Assembly (NCBI GenBank): GCA_937901475.1
Contig: CALGTL010000020.1
Coordinates: forward strand, 1-56,886
Direction: 5' to 3'
From: an uncultured Dehalococcoidia bacterium
GTDB lineage: Bacteria > Chloroflexota > Dehalococcoidia > Lucifugimonadales > Australimonadaceae
Length of the DNA stretch: 56,886 bases
Shown here: in pieces, positions 39,518 to 50,103 of the stretch
Numbering within the stretch: the stretch's first letter is position 1
How the letters are laid out: each line of letters begins with the position of its first letter
Program-made: the position numbers and the translations under genes
The notes under the pieces: generated by a model
The model's database searches: none
The model's input: only the letters and a program-made list of their open reading frames with translations
Told to the model about the DNA's origin: nothing

Positions 39518-40597
39518 TTAGCTGGTAGTGTCGGTGAAGGAGCGCTGGAGTTCTTCGAGGAGCTCGCGTTGGCGACTGGACAGTTTTTTTGGAGTTGCCA
39601 CCCGAATAGTGACGAGTTGATCTCCACGGCGGTCTTCGCGCCCGAGGTGAGGAATACCTTGCCCTTTGATGCGATATACTTCGTCGGTTTGCGTGCCGGA
39701 ATGGATCTTGAGCGCTCGTGGTTCCTCGAGCGTTGGAACGTCGAGTTCTATGCCAAGGGCGGCCTGGGGAAAGGAAATGTCTAGAGTGTAGAGAATGTCG
39801 TAGTTCTCACGCTCAAAGAAAGCGTGAGGCTGGACGCGCATGCCGACGTATAGGTCGCCTGCAGGGCCACCCATTTCGCCAGCGTCGCCTTGGCCACGAA
39901 GGTTGAGGTTCGCACCATGGGGAACGCCCCCTGGAACCTGGACTTGAATTTTGCGCCTGGTTCGTTCTTGGCCAACTCCTTTGCATTGAGTGCAGGGCTG
40001 GTTTACTTGGGACCCGGTGCCATTGCATACGTTGCATTCAGCTTCGGTCATGAATTGGCCGAACATGCTGCGTTGAGCACGCCGTACGCGGCCTGAGCCT
40101 TTGCAGTTGGAGCAGGTAATGGGTTGGTGCCCAGGCTCGCTGCGGGAGCCTTCGCATCGAGAGCATCTCTCCGTGCGGGTTATCTCAATTTCTTTGATGA
40201 CACCGAAGACGGCTTCTTCAAAGGCGACAGTCAGGTTCGTTTGGAGATCGCGACCTGGACGTGCGCGAGTTCTCCCTCCACGTTGCCCCCCGCCGAAGAA
40301 GGCGTCGAAGATGTCACCAAATCCTCCGAATACGTCGGCACCTTCGAAGCCGCTTGCACCGCCACCACCGTTAGTGGCCCCAGCGTGACCGAAGCGGTCG
40401 TAGCGCTGTCGACGTTCAGGGTCAGTGAGAACTTGGTAGGCCTCGTTTACCTCTTTGAATTTTTCAGCGGCATCCGTGTCTTTGTTCCGATCTGGATGGA
40501 ACTCTAAGGCTTTCTTACGGAATGCTTTGCGTATGTCTTCTTCGGAGGCCTCGTGGCCAACTTCCAGGATGTCGTAATAATCGCGTTTAGTGGTCAT
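39518..40597 (-). CDS. dnaJ: Chaperone DnaJ
   Basis: J-domain HPD, G/F region, DIF, four CxxCxGxG-type repeats. Confidence 0.98.
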   Translation of the reverse strand: MTTKRDYYDILEVGHEASEEDIRKAFRKKALEFHPDRNKDTDAAEKFKEVNEAYQVLTDPERRQRYDRFGHAGATNGGGGASGFEGADVFGGFGDIFDAFFGGGQRGGRTRARPGRDLQTNLTVAFEEAVFGVIKEIEITRTERCSRCEGSRSEPGHQPITCSNCKGSGRVRRAQRSMFGQFMTEAECNVCNGTGSQVNQPCTQCKGVGQERTRRKIQVQVPGGVPHGANLNLRGQGDAGEMGGPAGDLYVGMRVQPHAFFERENYDILYTLDISFPQAALGIELDVPTLEEPRALKIHSGTQTDEVYRIKGQGIPHLGREDRRGDQLVTIRVATPKKLSSRQRELLEELQRSFTDTTS

Positions 40598-40603
40598 GCA
40601 GAC

Positions 40604-41653
40604 TTAGGGTCGTTCTTCGCCTAGTGCGGTGAGTAGCTCGCTGAGGAAATTGGCGAGATAGCGGACGCTGGAGATAGCGCCAGTGTAATCCATGCGAGTG
40701 GGCCCAACTGTGCCAATGACGCCGGTTGCTTCACCGGGGATGCCGTAGCGGGTGAGGACGACGGAATAGGGCCGCAGGGTTTCCTGGGGATTCTCTTCAC
40801 CGATGATGACATCAATCCCTGCTTCGCTTCCGGTGTTGATGATGATGCGTTTAAGGGCCACTCCGTTTTCGAGAACTTCAACCGCTTCACGAGCCGAATG
40901 AGTGCTCTCAAATTCAGGCTGATTGAGGATGTGATGTAGACCTTGAGTGTACTGGCGAACGTCGTTGACTTGCTCTTCTTCGCCGAGGGCCTTGAGGACT
41001 TCAACGACAATGGAGTCGTCAGTGGGGCTGGGGAGGTAATCGGCATCCCAAGCGGTCTTGATTTGGTCTGTGGTCTTGCCACTGAGGTATTTGTTAAGGC
41101 GAACGGCTGCGGCTGAAAGGTCCTCTTGAGAGAGAGGGGATTCCAAGTTGACCATGCGTTGACGAACGGTGGCGTCTTGGAAAACCATGACCAAGAGGGC
41201 TTGGGTGTCGTGTAGCTGAACTAGCTGGAGCTGCTTGAGCTTTGCTGCGGCTATCCGCGGCGGAGTTGCAATAGCCACGTTGCGGACACTGTTCGAGAGT
41301 AGCGAGGCCGCGCTACGTGCCCAACCATCGGGGTCGCCTGAGCCCGCCAGCAGGGAGCCGCGCACGAGGATTTCGAACTGTCGAGATGGGCGGGCGATCC
41401 GGGCGTGACGCTCAACGAAGAAGCGGTAGGCAAGGTCACCAGGGATGCCGCCAGCAGAGGTGTGCGGGCGAGTGATGTAGCCCATTTCTTCGAGTTCCGC
41501 CATGTCATTACGGATAGTGGCTGGGCTGACACTGAGCTCGTGCTTGCGCGCAATCTGCTGAGAGGCTACGGGGGCCGCAGTCTCGATGTAATCGGCGACG
41601 ATAATCTCCAGCAGGCGCTGGCGTCGTTCGTTGAGGGATGGAGCAGGATCCAT
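40604..41653 (-). CDS. hrcA: Heat-inducible transcription repressor
   Basis: YI.TA.PVAS, SPATIRNDMA.LE..GY...PHTSAG, GPTRMDY. Confidence 0.96.
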   Translation of the reverse strand: MDPAPSLNERRQRLLEIIVADYIETAAPVASQQIARKHELSVSPATIRNDMAELEEMGYITRPHTSAGGIPGDLAYRFFVERHARIARPSRQFEILVRGSLLAGSGDPDGWARSAASLLSNSVRNVAIATPPRIAAAKLKQLQLVQLHDTQALLVMVFQDATVRQRMVNLESPLSQEDLSAAAVRLNKYLSGKTTDQIKTAWDADYLPSPTDDSIVVEVLKALGEEEQVNDVRQYTQGLHHILNQPEFESTHSAREAVEVLENGVALKRIIINTGSEAGIDVIIGEENPQETLRPYSVVLTRYGIPGEATGVIGTVGPTRMDYTGAISSVRYLANFLSELLTALGEERP

Positions 41654-41673
41654 GGTACACAGTAGTTTCTAAA

Positions 41674-41700
41674 TTAGCAGTCGAGCAGCGAGAGTGCTAA
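41674..41700 (-). promoter_or_regulatory. CIRCE operator (HrcA binding site)
   Basis: Minus strand TTAGCACTC-N9-GACTGCTAA, one mismatch from the consensus TTAGCACTC-N9-GAGTGCTAA, 20 nt upstream of hrcA. Confidence 0.93.
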
Positions 41701-41712
41701 TCAACCAATCGA

Positions 41713-41743
41713 AATGTAGCACATGCACATGTACATGAGTCAA
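41713..41743 (-). promoter_or_regulatory. Putative hrcA promoter
   Basis: Minus strand TTGACT...TGC-TACATT (extended -10; the 19-nt spacer is long). Confidence 0.45.
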
Positions 41744-42002
41744 TGGAGAATGCCCAATTGTAAGGCGTGTTCAGGCTCTCCTCTATGCGAGAGTGCCGCA
41801 GCAAAACCTGGTGATGGTGATTGGCAGATGTGACGGAATCCATCGAAACTCATTTTGGATTCACTGTCCTTTTGCAGTACTTTGAAACAGTCTACGGCCT
41901 GCTAGAACAGTCCTAGATTGAGTTGAGGTAATGGTTTGACCATCGCTATAAAGCTTTGATACGGTTGTTCTAATAACTACAAAATCTTGGGGGGTCAGAG
42001 CC

Positions 42003-43154
42003 ATGGTGCTACCGCGTGTCCAGATTAAGGAACTTCGGAGGACCTACGGGTTTGAAGAGGTCGCCATCGTTCCCGGTGATGTGACGACGAACCCCGAGCT
42101 TTCTGTTCCCACCTTTGAAGTGGGCCCCTACCAGTTCACGATTCCCATAATGGCGTCCGCAATGGACGCCATTGTTAGCCCTGCCTTTGCCGGCCTGATG
42201 GCTAAGGCGGGAGGTGTTGGCGTGATGAACCTTGAAGGAGTGTACGGTCGATACGAGGATCCTCAGTCGGCTATCGAAGAAGTGCGCGCCGCCTCTCGCG
42301 AGACCGTGACTGAAGTTCTCCAGAAGGTTTACAGCGCTCCCCTGAAGGAAAACCTGGTACAAGAACGAGTCCGGGACTTGAAGACTGAGGGAGGCGTGGT
42401 TGCGGTTTCTGTCACCCCCCAGAACGCAAAGCGTCTTGCTCCTCTGGCGGTAGAGGCTGGCGCGCAAATCATCGTGGTGCAATCCACGGTGACAACTGCA
42501 CGCCACATCTCCAATAGCTATGCGGGCCTGAGTTTCTCTGACTTGGTCGACGAAGTGAAAGTGCCTGTCTTGATTGGCAACACGGTGACCGCGAGTGCGA
42601 CGTTGGAGATCATGGAGCAGGGCATCGATGGCATCTTCGTTGGAGTTGGCCCTGGCGCTGCCTGCACGACACGTGATGTGACAGGCATGGGGGTTCCACA
42701 GGTGTCAGCGACGATGGAGTGTGCGGCGGCACGGGATGAGTTCTACGCTCGCACGGGTAAGTACGTCCAAATCATCACTGATGGTGGTATTCGGACGGGC
42801 GGTGATGTGAATAAGGCTCTTGCTGCTGGTGCGGATGCGGTCATGATTGGTACGCCGTTTGCGCAGACTTTCGAGGCACCAGGCAAAGGCTTCAACTGGG
42901 GCATGGCCAGCCCTCACCCGGCGTTGCCTCGAGGCACGCGACTAAACGTAGGAGCATCGGCTAGTTTGGAGCAAGTGCTGTTCGGTCCTAGCCGTCGAAC
43001 CGATGGCACACACAACCTAGTTGGAGCCATCAAGGTGAGCATGAGCATGGTTGGGGCGCAGACTATTAAGGAATTCCACGAGAAAGCGGAACTTGTTGCA
43101 GCCCCGACCATCGCAACGGAAGGCAAAATCTTCCAGCGCGCGGGCCAAATCTAA
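42003..43154 (+). CDS. GuaB3-family IMP dehydrogenase-related protein (no CBS domains)
   Basis: RRTYGFEEVAIVP, SAMD, GVGPGAACTT catalytic Cys, DGGIRTGGD, WGMA.P. Confidence 0.9.
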   Translation: MVLPRVQIKELRRTYGFEEVAIVPGDVTTNPELSVPTFEVGPYQFTIPIMASAMDAIVSPAFAGLMAKAGGVGVMNLEGVYGRYEDPQSAIEEVRAASRETVTEVLQKVYSAPLKENLVQERVRDLKTEGGVVAVSVTPQNAKRLAPLAVEAGAQIIVVQSTVTTARHISNSYAGLSFSDLVDEVKVPVLIGNTVTASATLEIMEQGIDGIFVGVGPGAACTTRDVTGMGVPQVSATMECAAARDEFYARTGKYVQIITDGGIRTGGDVNKALAAGADAVMIGTPFAQTFEAPGKGFNWGMASPHPALPRGTRLNVGASASLEQVLFGPSRRTDGTHNLVGAIKVSMSMVGAQTIKEFHEKAELVAAPTIATEGKIFQRAGQI

Positions 43155-43265
43155 GAGAATCTGCTCCGCATTTACGGACCTTTGTGGTCCTTGAGTACGG
43201 CAGGAGCGGGATACATTCCTCTTCGCGGTGCTCGCGCATGGCCAGTGAGACTGATGAGTAGCAGG

Positions 43266-43306
43266 GAGAAGGGACGGATCACAAGGATGGTCCGTCCCTT
43301 CTTTTT
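43266..43306 (+). terminator. Intrinsic terminator downstream of guaB3
   Basis: gagaagggacggatca-caagga-tggtccgtcccttctt followed by a T-run. Confidence 0.8.
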
Positions 43307-43347
43307 CAATGAGAGCACAGGGGTGGATACACCGACGTGTTATGCGA

Positions 43348-43376
43348 TTGACCGAGCCTCGGGCCGCGCCTATTCT
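43348..43376 (+). promoter_or_regulatory. Sigma70-type promoter of the pan operon
   Basis: TTGACC-17 nt-TATTCT. Confidence 0.65.
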
Positions 43377-43429
43377 GTACATGCAACCTACTCCCTGCAG
43401 GGAAAGGTGAGCAGCTCGGACAATAGAAT

Positions 43430-43495
43430 GAGCCCCGCAGCCAATCGGATCCAAGGCGACCGATATGGAACAGGGCAATGCCTCTCGTCTCTGGT
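43430..43495 (+). ncRNA. pan RNA motif-like cis-regulatory leader
   Basis: cgcagccaatcggatccaaggcg and gatatggaacagggcaatgcctctcgtctc form two tandem bulged hairpins in the 5' UTR of a panBC operon. This resembles the pan motif as I recall it; boundaries are approximate. Confidence 0.65.
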
Positions 43496-43508
43496 TATAC
43501 GACTAGTA

Positions 43509-43538
43509 ATGCCCGCCTTGCGCGGGCATCTTTTGTTT
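43509..43538 (+). terminator. Attenuator terminator after the pan-like leader
   Basis: atgcccgc-cttgc-gcgggcat followed by cttttgttt. Confidence 0.7.
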
Positions 43539-43570
43539 AGGCCAGGTAGAGAACGAATAGGAGATCAATC

Positions 43571-44551
43571 ATCAACGGAACGCTTACGGATGTCATAGGT
43601 CTGGAGGTTGGCCACCACACGGATCTGGTCGCAGGGACCGGTTGCACAGTGGTGCTTGCCAGAGCTGGCGCTGTGGGTGGAGTGGACGTTCGTGGCGCTG
43701 CACCCGGAACCCGTGAGACAGATTTGTTGCGCGCCGAGAATATGGTGCCTTTTGTCCATGCAGTGACTTTGGCTGGCGGCTCGGCCTATGGGTTGGCGGC
43801 TGCTACTGGAGTGATGCAGTACCTCGAAAGCGAAGGCATCGGGCACAAGGTTCGTGACTGGCTAGTGCCGATAGTTCCAGGGGCAATTATCTTTGACTTG
43901 GGATTAGGCGATAGCACTGTCCGGCCGACGGATGCCGATGGATACGCTGCGGCTGCGGCCGCGAGGAGCGCTCCTGTTCAGCAGGGGTCCGTTGGTGCTG
44001 GAACGGGAGCAACCGTGGGCAAAGCGCTGGGCATGAGGCAGTCAATGAAGGGCGGAGTCGGCTCCGCAAGCATGGACCTGGGTGATGGCGTGGTACTAGC
44101 GGCGCTGGTGGTGGTAAATGCCGTGGGGAGCGTTTATGAGCCGGACACGGGCGAGCTCCTTGCAGGCCCTCTCGCGGCTGGGAAACCGCTCGACAGCGTG
44201 AGTATCTACGCGGACCCTGAGTACGGTCGAAAACCGCAGAGGCCTTCACCTGAACCGTTGAGCAATACGACGATAGCTGTGATTGGGACATCTTTGAAGC
44301 TTTCTAAAGCGCAGGCCAATAGGCTGGCGACTGTTGCCCATGATGGGTTGGCGTTGGCAGTGCGGCCGACGCACACGCTGCACGATGGAGATACTGTGTT
44401 CACGCTGGCTACGGGGGTTGTCGATGCTATCGATGAATACCCACGCCTCTGCGGGCTCGCGCCGACCTTAATGGCAAGGGCGATTGTGAATGCGATTCGC
44501 AACGCGACCGGATTACATGGGCACCCGTCGTATGGGGATGTGATGGAGTGA
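43571..44551 (+). CDS. P1/S58-family (DmpA/ThnT-like) self-processing hydrolase; probable ATC start
   Basis: GAAPGTRETDLL, LAGGSAYGL, VPIVP.A.IFDL, GSVGAGTGA, KGGVG, SNTT cleavage motif, HDG, HT..DGD. The family N-terminus TLTDV.GL.VGH...TGCTV lies in frame upstream of the ORF-track GTG at 43649. Confidence 0.85.
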   Translation: MNGTLTDVIGLEVGHHTDLVAGTGCTVVLARAGAVGGVDVRGAAPGTRETDLLRAENMVPFVHAVTLAGGSAYGLAAATGVMQYLESEGIGHKVRDWLVPIVPGAIIFDLGLGDSTVRPTDADGYAAAAAARSAPVQQGSVGAGTGATVGKALGMRQSMKGGVGSASMDLGDGVVLAALVVVNAVGSVYEPDTGELLAGPLAAGKPLDSVSIYADPEYGRKPQRPSPEPLSNTTIAVIGTSLKLSKAQANRLATVAHDGLALAVRPTHTLHDGDTVFTLATGVVDAIDEYPRLCGLAPTLMARAIVNAIRNATGLHGHPSYGDVME

Positions 44552-45435
44552 CTAATCGATCGACAATCGCAATTATTGGCGCGGGACGAGCGGCCCACGT
44601 ACTAGGTACGGCGTTAGCACGTGCTGGCTATGAGGTCGTGGCAGTGGCTAGTCGAAAGCTGGCATCTGCGGAGTCGGTGGCAACGGCTGTCCGAGATGCG
44701 GGGTATGCCAGGTGCTTGGTGGTGTCCGTGCAAGGTGCTGCTGATGCGGCAGCGCTGGTTTTGATAACCACAAACGATGGGGCCATTGGCGGCGTGGCAG
44801 GCGAGGTTAGCTGGAAGCATGGGCAGGCGGTGGTTCACGTTAGCGGTGCACTAGGTGCTGACGTGCTCGCACCCGCCGCCGCGAAAGGTGCACGCGTCGC
44901 ATCGTGGCATCCGTTCCAAACTCTGGCCGGTTCGGCGAGGCTAGACGGAGCGACTTTTGGTATTGAGGCTGGCGAAGACCTCTATGAGGAGCTTGCAGAA
45001 ATGGCGCGGGCTGTCGGTGGCGAGCCGCTGGCAGTGCCGGCCGATGCACGAGCGCTCTATCATGCTGCGTCCGTGCTGGCATGTGGCTATTTGACAACAC
45101 TTTTGCGCGAGGCGCGCCGGGTCTGGCAAGCTGCGGGATTGCCTGAAGAGGAAGGCCGTAGGGCGATTGGCGCGGTTGCTGCAGCGACGCTTGAGAATTT
45201 CCGTACGCTTGGCGAGAACGCAACGGTAACGGGTCCGGTCTCACGCGGCGATGCGGGCACAGTGCGATTGCATCTTGAGGAACTGGAGCGCGTTGCTCCC
45301 GAGCTGATCAACCTGTACACCGCGATAAGCAGGAGGTCAGCAGTGCTCGCTTCTGAGGCGGGTCGACCTACGGGGCCATTAAATATGTGGGACGCGCTTT
45401 ATGGCGAGTTTCAAGGACAAGTAGAGAAGGAATAA
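44548..45435 (+). CDS. panG: Rossmann-like + DUF2520 protein (PanG-type ketopantoate reductase)
   Basis: IIGAGR, H.SGA, HPFQT, YHAA, TGPVSRGD..TV..HL; located directly before panB. Confidence 0.8.
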   Translation: MTNRSTIAIIGAGRAAHVLGTALARAGYEVVAVASRKLASAESVATAVRDAGYARCLVVSVQGAADAAALVLITTNDGAIGGVAGEVSWKHGQAVVHVSGALGADVLAPAAAKGARVASWHPFQTLAGSARLDGATFGIEAGEDLYEELAEMARAVGGEPLAVPADARALYHAASVLACGYLTTLLREARRVWQAAGLPEEEGRRAIGAVAAATLENFRTLGENATVTGPVSRGDAGTVRLHLEELERVAPELINLYTAISRRSAVLASEAGRPTGPLNMWDALYGEFQGQVEKE

Positions 45436-45437
45436 GA

Positions 45438-46283
45438 ATGCCTGTACGCATTACGAAATTTCAAGAGATGAAGCAAATGGGGGAGCGTATTCCCTGTATC
45501 ACTGCATATGACTACCCCACCGCGAAACTTGCTGATGCAGCCGGGATTCCATTGATCTTGGTTGGGGACAGTTTGGGGAATGTGGTGCTTGGGTTCGGCT
45601 CGACCGTTCACGTGACAATGGATGACATGGTTCGCCATACGCAGGCGGTAGTGCGTGGCACGCGCGAGGCACTAATCGTTGCAGATATGCCCTTCATGAG
45701 CTACCAGGCAAGCCCCGAGGATGCGGTTCGCAATGCAGGCATCTTGATTCAAGAGGCAGGGGCCCACGCTGTGAAATTAGAAGGGGGGGAATTTATAACA
45801 GAGGCTGTTGGTCGCATTACTAACGCAGGCATCCCTGTGTTAGGACACTTGGGCCTGACTCCGCAGTCGGTGAATCAACTTGGTGGTTACCGAGTCCAAG
45901 GTCGAACGTTGCCGCAGGCCCAGAAATTGCTGGATGATGCCGTGGAATTGGAGGCAGCGGGTGTGTTTGGGATTGTGCTCGAATCCGTGCCTGGGCCACT
46001 GGCCGAGGTAGTGACGAAGCGCTTACGGGTACCGACGATAGGCATAGGTGCAGGCGCGGGCTGCGATGGTCAGATTCAGGTCCTGCATGATTTGCTGGGC
46101 TTGAGTGATAGGGTACCGAAGCATGCGAAACAGTACGCGAACCTCAATCAAGTCATTGAGGAAGCGATAGCGGCATATATGGGTGATGTCCGTGATGGCG
46201 ATTTCCCAACCGATGAACACACGGCACAGATCGACGATGCGGTTCTACGCGAGTTCATGGGCGATGTGGCGGCGGACAGGTGA
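45438..46283 (+). CDS. panB: 3-methyl-2-oxobutanoate hydroxymethyltransferase
   Basis: TAYDY, LVGDSLG, ADMPF, VKLEGG, GHLGLTPQS, TIGIGAG..CDGQ. Confidence 0.97.
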   Translation: MPVRITKFQEMKQMGERIPCITAYDYPTAKLADAAGIPLILVGDSLGNVVLGFGSTVHVTMDDMVRHTQAVVRGTREALIVADMPFMSYQASPEDAVRNAGILIQEAGAHAVKLEGGEFITEAVGRITNAGIPVLGHLGLTPQSVNQLGGYRVQGRTLPQAQKLLDDAVELEAAGVFGIVLESVPGPLAEVVTKRLRVPTIGIGAGAGCDGQIQVLHDLLGLSDRVPKHAKQYANLNQVIEEAIAAYMGDVRDGDFPTDEHTAQIDDAVLREFMGDVAADR

Positions 46284-47116
46284 TGCTCCGAGTCTGGACG
46301 GTGACAGAACTTCGAGCGGCGCTGCAGAGCATGCCGCGGCCGGTGGGCTTAGTACCAACGATGGGAGCTGTGCACGAGGGGCACTTGAGCCTTGTCAAAC
46401 AGGCGAGGTCTGATAATGCGACAGTAGTCGCGACAATTTTCGTGAACCCTACACAATTCGACGAGACTCAGGACCTAGAGCACTACCCTCGTCCGATAGA
46501 GCAAGACCTGGCGCTGCTTGAGAGTGAAGGAGTGGATCTGGTGTTTACTCCTTCTACGGATGAAATGTACCACCCGGGCTTCATGACGACGATTCACATA
46601 GAAGGCCCTGCACGAGAATTCGAAGGCGCTGCTCGCCCGGGACACTTTGATGGGGTGGCGACTGTGGTGGCGAAGCTGTTGTTGCAGTCGTTGCCTGAAG
46701 TCGTGTATTTCGGCCGAAAGGATGCGCAGCAGGTTGCGGTAGTGCGCAGGTTAGTGTCCGACCTTGATATCCCCGTAGCACTTGCTGTCATGTCCACGAT
46801 TCGAGAGCACGATGGATTGGCGATGAGTAGTCGCAATGTGACTCTGAGTGAAGACCAGCGCCGGGCTGCGCCAGCATTGTTTCTCGCGCTATCGGCGATG
46901 CGCGACCGGTATCGGTCCGGGATGCAGAACGCAGTGCAACTGAAAGAAGGTTGCACTGCTTTGCTGACTCAGGAGTTGCTATTCGATTTGGTGGATTACG
47001 TAGCGCTGGTTGATGAAGAGACGTTTATTCCTTGGGGCGGTACCGGCTCTTGTTTGCTGGTTGCTGCAGTACGGATGGGTAGCGTGCGTCTGATTGATAA
47101 CGTCGTGCTTGATTAG
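46280..47116 (+). CDS. panC: Pantoate--beta-alanine ligase
   Basis: VPTMGAVHEGH, FVNPTQF, RPGHFDGV, FGRKD.QQ, GLAMSSRN, RLIDN. Confidence 0.97.
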   Translation: MMLRVWTVTELRAALQSMPRPVGLVPTMGAVHEGHLSLVKQARSDNATVVATIFVNPTQFDETQDLEHYPRPIEQDLALLESEGVDLVFTPSTDEMYHPGFMTTIHIEGPAREFEGAARPGHFDGVATVVAKLLLQSLPEVVYFGRKDAQQVAVVRRLVSDLDIPVALAVMSTIREHDGLAMSSRNVTLSEDQRRAAPALFLALSAMRDRYRSGMQNAVQLKEGCTALLTQELLFDLVDYVALVDEETFIPWGGTGSCLLVAAVRMGSVRLIDNVVLD

Positions 47117-47180
47117 CAAGGCACTCGCCCTCAGATGCTACACTTGAGAGGTCACATAAGCAGTGCTGGAGCGGTGATAC

Positions 47181-48134
47181 ATGGCATTTCTGAGCTACAA
47201 TAACCCACCGACGGACCTTAGAGATCCGACCTTGCTGTTTGCATTCGCTGGCTGGGCGGACGCTGCGGATTCGGCTACCCATGCTTTGCGCTATGTGGTG
47301 CGGCACCTGAATGGCGAGAAATTCGCAGAGGTTGACCCGGAGGAATTCTATAATTTCACTCGAGTACGCCCAAAAACCAAGTTCGACGATGATGGTGAGC
47401 GCTATATAGAGTGGCCTGCCAACGAATTTTATGCGATTCGTCGCGAGGACGCGGACACCGACTTGGTGGTGCTGGTAGGCGTTGAACCCAACATGAAATG
47501 GCGGACATTTTGCCAATCGATGTTGGAGGAAATGCAATCTCTTGGCGTTAGCAAGGTGATTCAGGTTGGTGCGCTCCTAGATGCAGTGCCACATACTCGA
47601 GAAGTCCGGATCACTGGTACGGCGACGAGCCCAGAGTTGCGCGGGATGCTGCGCGGTATCCACGTGCGACGATCGCGCTACACGGGCCCCACCGGAATTT
47701 CGGGGGTGATGACGGACACGTTGCGGCGCGAAGGAATACCGACGGTGAGTTTGTGGGGACATGCTCCACACTATTTGCAGGTGACACCGAACCCAAAGGT
47801 GAGCCTGGGACTGGTGCAAGGGCTAGAGCAGCTGATTGACATTAGCGTTCCTGTTGATGCGCTTAGGTCGCTTGGTCTGAACTTCGAGCGCCGTGTCGAA
47901 CAGGCGTTGGATGGTGAGTCCGACGTTTTGGCATACGTGGAGAAGCTCGAAGAGCAGTGGGATACACGTCGAAGAGCAGGCCGGAATCAGCCATCTACAG
48001 ATTTGTTCTCGTCCCTGCCTAGTGAGCCTGCTGGAAGTGGTGCCGAGACGGGCGAGATTCCTGACGCTGACCAAGCAGTGGCGAGCATCGAAGAATTTCT
48101 ACGTCAGGAGAGACAAGGCGACGCGGGGAGTTGA
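47181..48134 (+). CDS. PAC2 (proteasome assembly chaperone)-family protein
   Basis: AFAGWADA, DPEEFY.F...RP, GVEPN..W, GALL..VPHTR, Y.GPTGI, PHY, YV..LE. Confidence 0.85.
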   Translation: MAFLSYNNPPTDLRDPTLLFAFAGWADAADSATHALRYVVRHLNGEKFAEVDPEEFYNFTRVRPKTKFDDDGERYIEWPANEFYAIRREDADTDLVVLVGVEPNMKWRTFCQSMLEEMQSLGVSKVIQVGALLDAVPHTREVRITGTATSPELRGMLRGIHVRRSRYTGPTGISGVMTDTLRREGIPTVSLWGHAPHYLQVTPNPKVSLGLVQGLEQLIDISVPVDALRSLGLNFERRVEQALDGESDVLAYVEKLEEQWDTRRRAGRNQPSTDLFSSLPSEPAGSGAETGEIPDADQAVASIEEFLRQERQGDAGS

Positions 48135-48172
48135 CGCCAGCAAAATTAGCTGATGAAAAGGCCCTGTCAGCC

Positions 48173-48202
48173 TTGACACTGTTTAAATGTACTCTCTAAA
48201 AT
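48173..48202 (+). promoter_or_regulatory. Sigma70-type promoter of pyrG
   Basis: TTGACA-18 nt-TAAAAT. Confidence 0.7.
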
Positions 48203-48214
48203 TCAATTGATGTT

Positions 48215-48273
48215 GGGGACGCACCGCTCGAAGCACCGGAAACGGATTCAGCGTGGAAGTGTCTCCTTTTTTT
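48215..48273 (+). terminator. Long hairpin plus T7 tract in the pyrG leader (attenuator candidate)
   Basis: Outer stem ggggacgc/gtgtctcc, inner cgct/agcg and ccg-GAAA-cgg, then ttttttt. Confidence 0.55.
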
Positions 48274-48345
48274 ATGGCTTCTCCAACGACTCAAATGCTT
48301 ACTCAGAGGCCATTCGATCGCCTGTGCCCATAGTGCTTCATATAA

Positions 48346-50022
<1,677 letters not shown>

Positions 50023-50054
50023 GCACATGTAGTTTCGTTCGCAACATGAATTTT

Positions 50055-50098
50055 GCATTTGCTGTGCGCACCATGGTGACCTAGCGCATAGCAAATGC
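50055..50098 (+). terminator. Hairpin downstream of pyrG (no T-tract)
   Basis: gcatttgctgtgcgc...gcgcatagcaaatgc, 15 bp with one G-U pair. Confidence 0.5.
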
Positions 50099-50103
50099 GG
50101 GAC

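Noticed and set aside
43251-43258. CTGATGAG, the hammerhead ribozyme core, downstream of guaB3
   Set aside because: No stem II followed by GAAA; the downstream sequence is an ordinary terminator.
43182-43598. 138-aa ORF between guaB3 and the P1 hydrolase
   Set aside because: It crosses a terminator, a promoter, the pan-like RNA and an attenuator, and has no protein-like features.
48215-48273. tmRNA, SRP RNA or tRNA (starts GGGGAC)
   Set aside because: No tRNA-like arms, SRP loop motif or CCA end.
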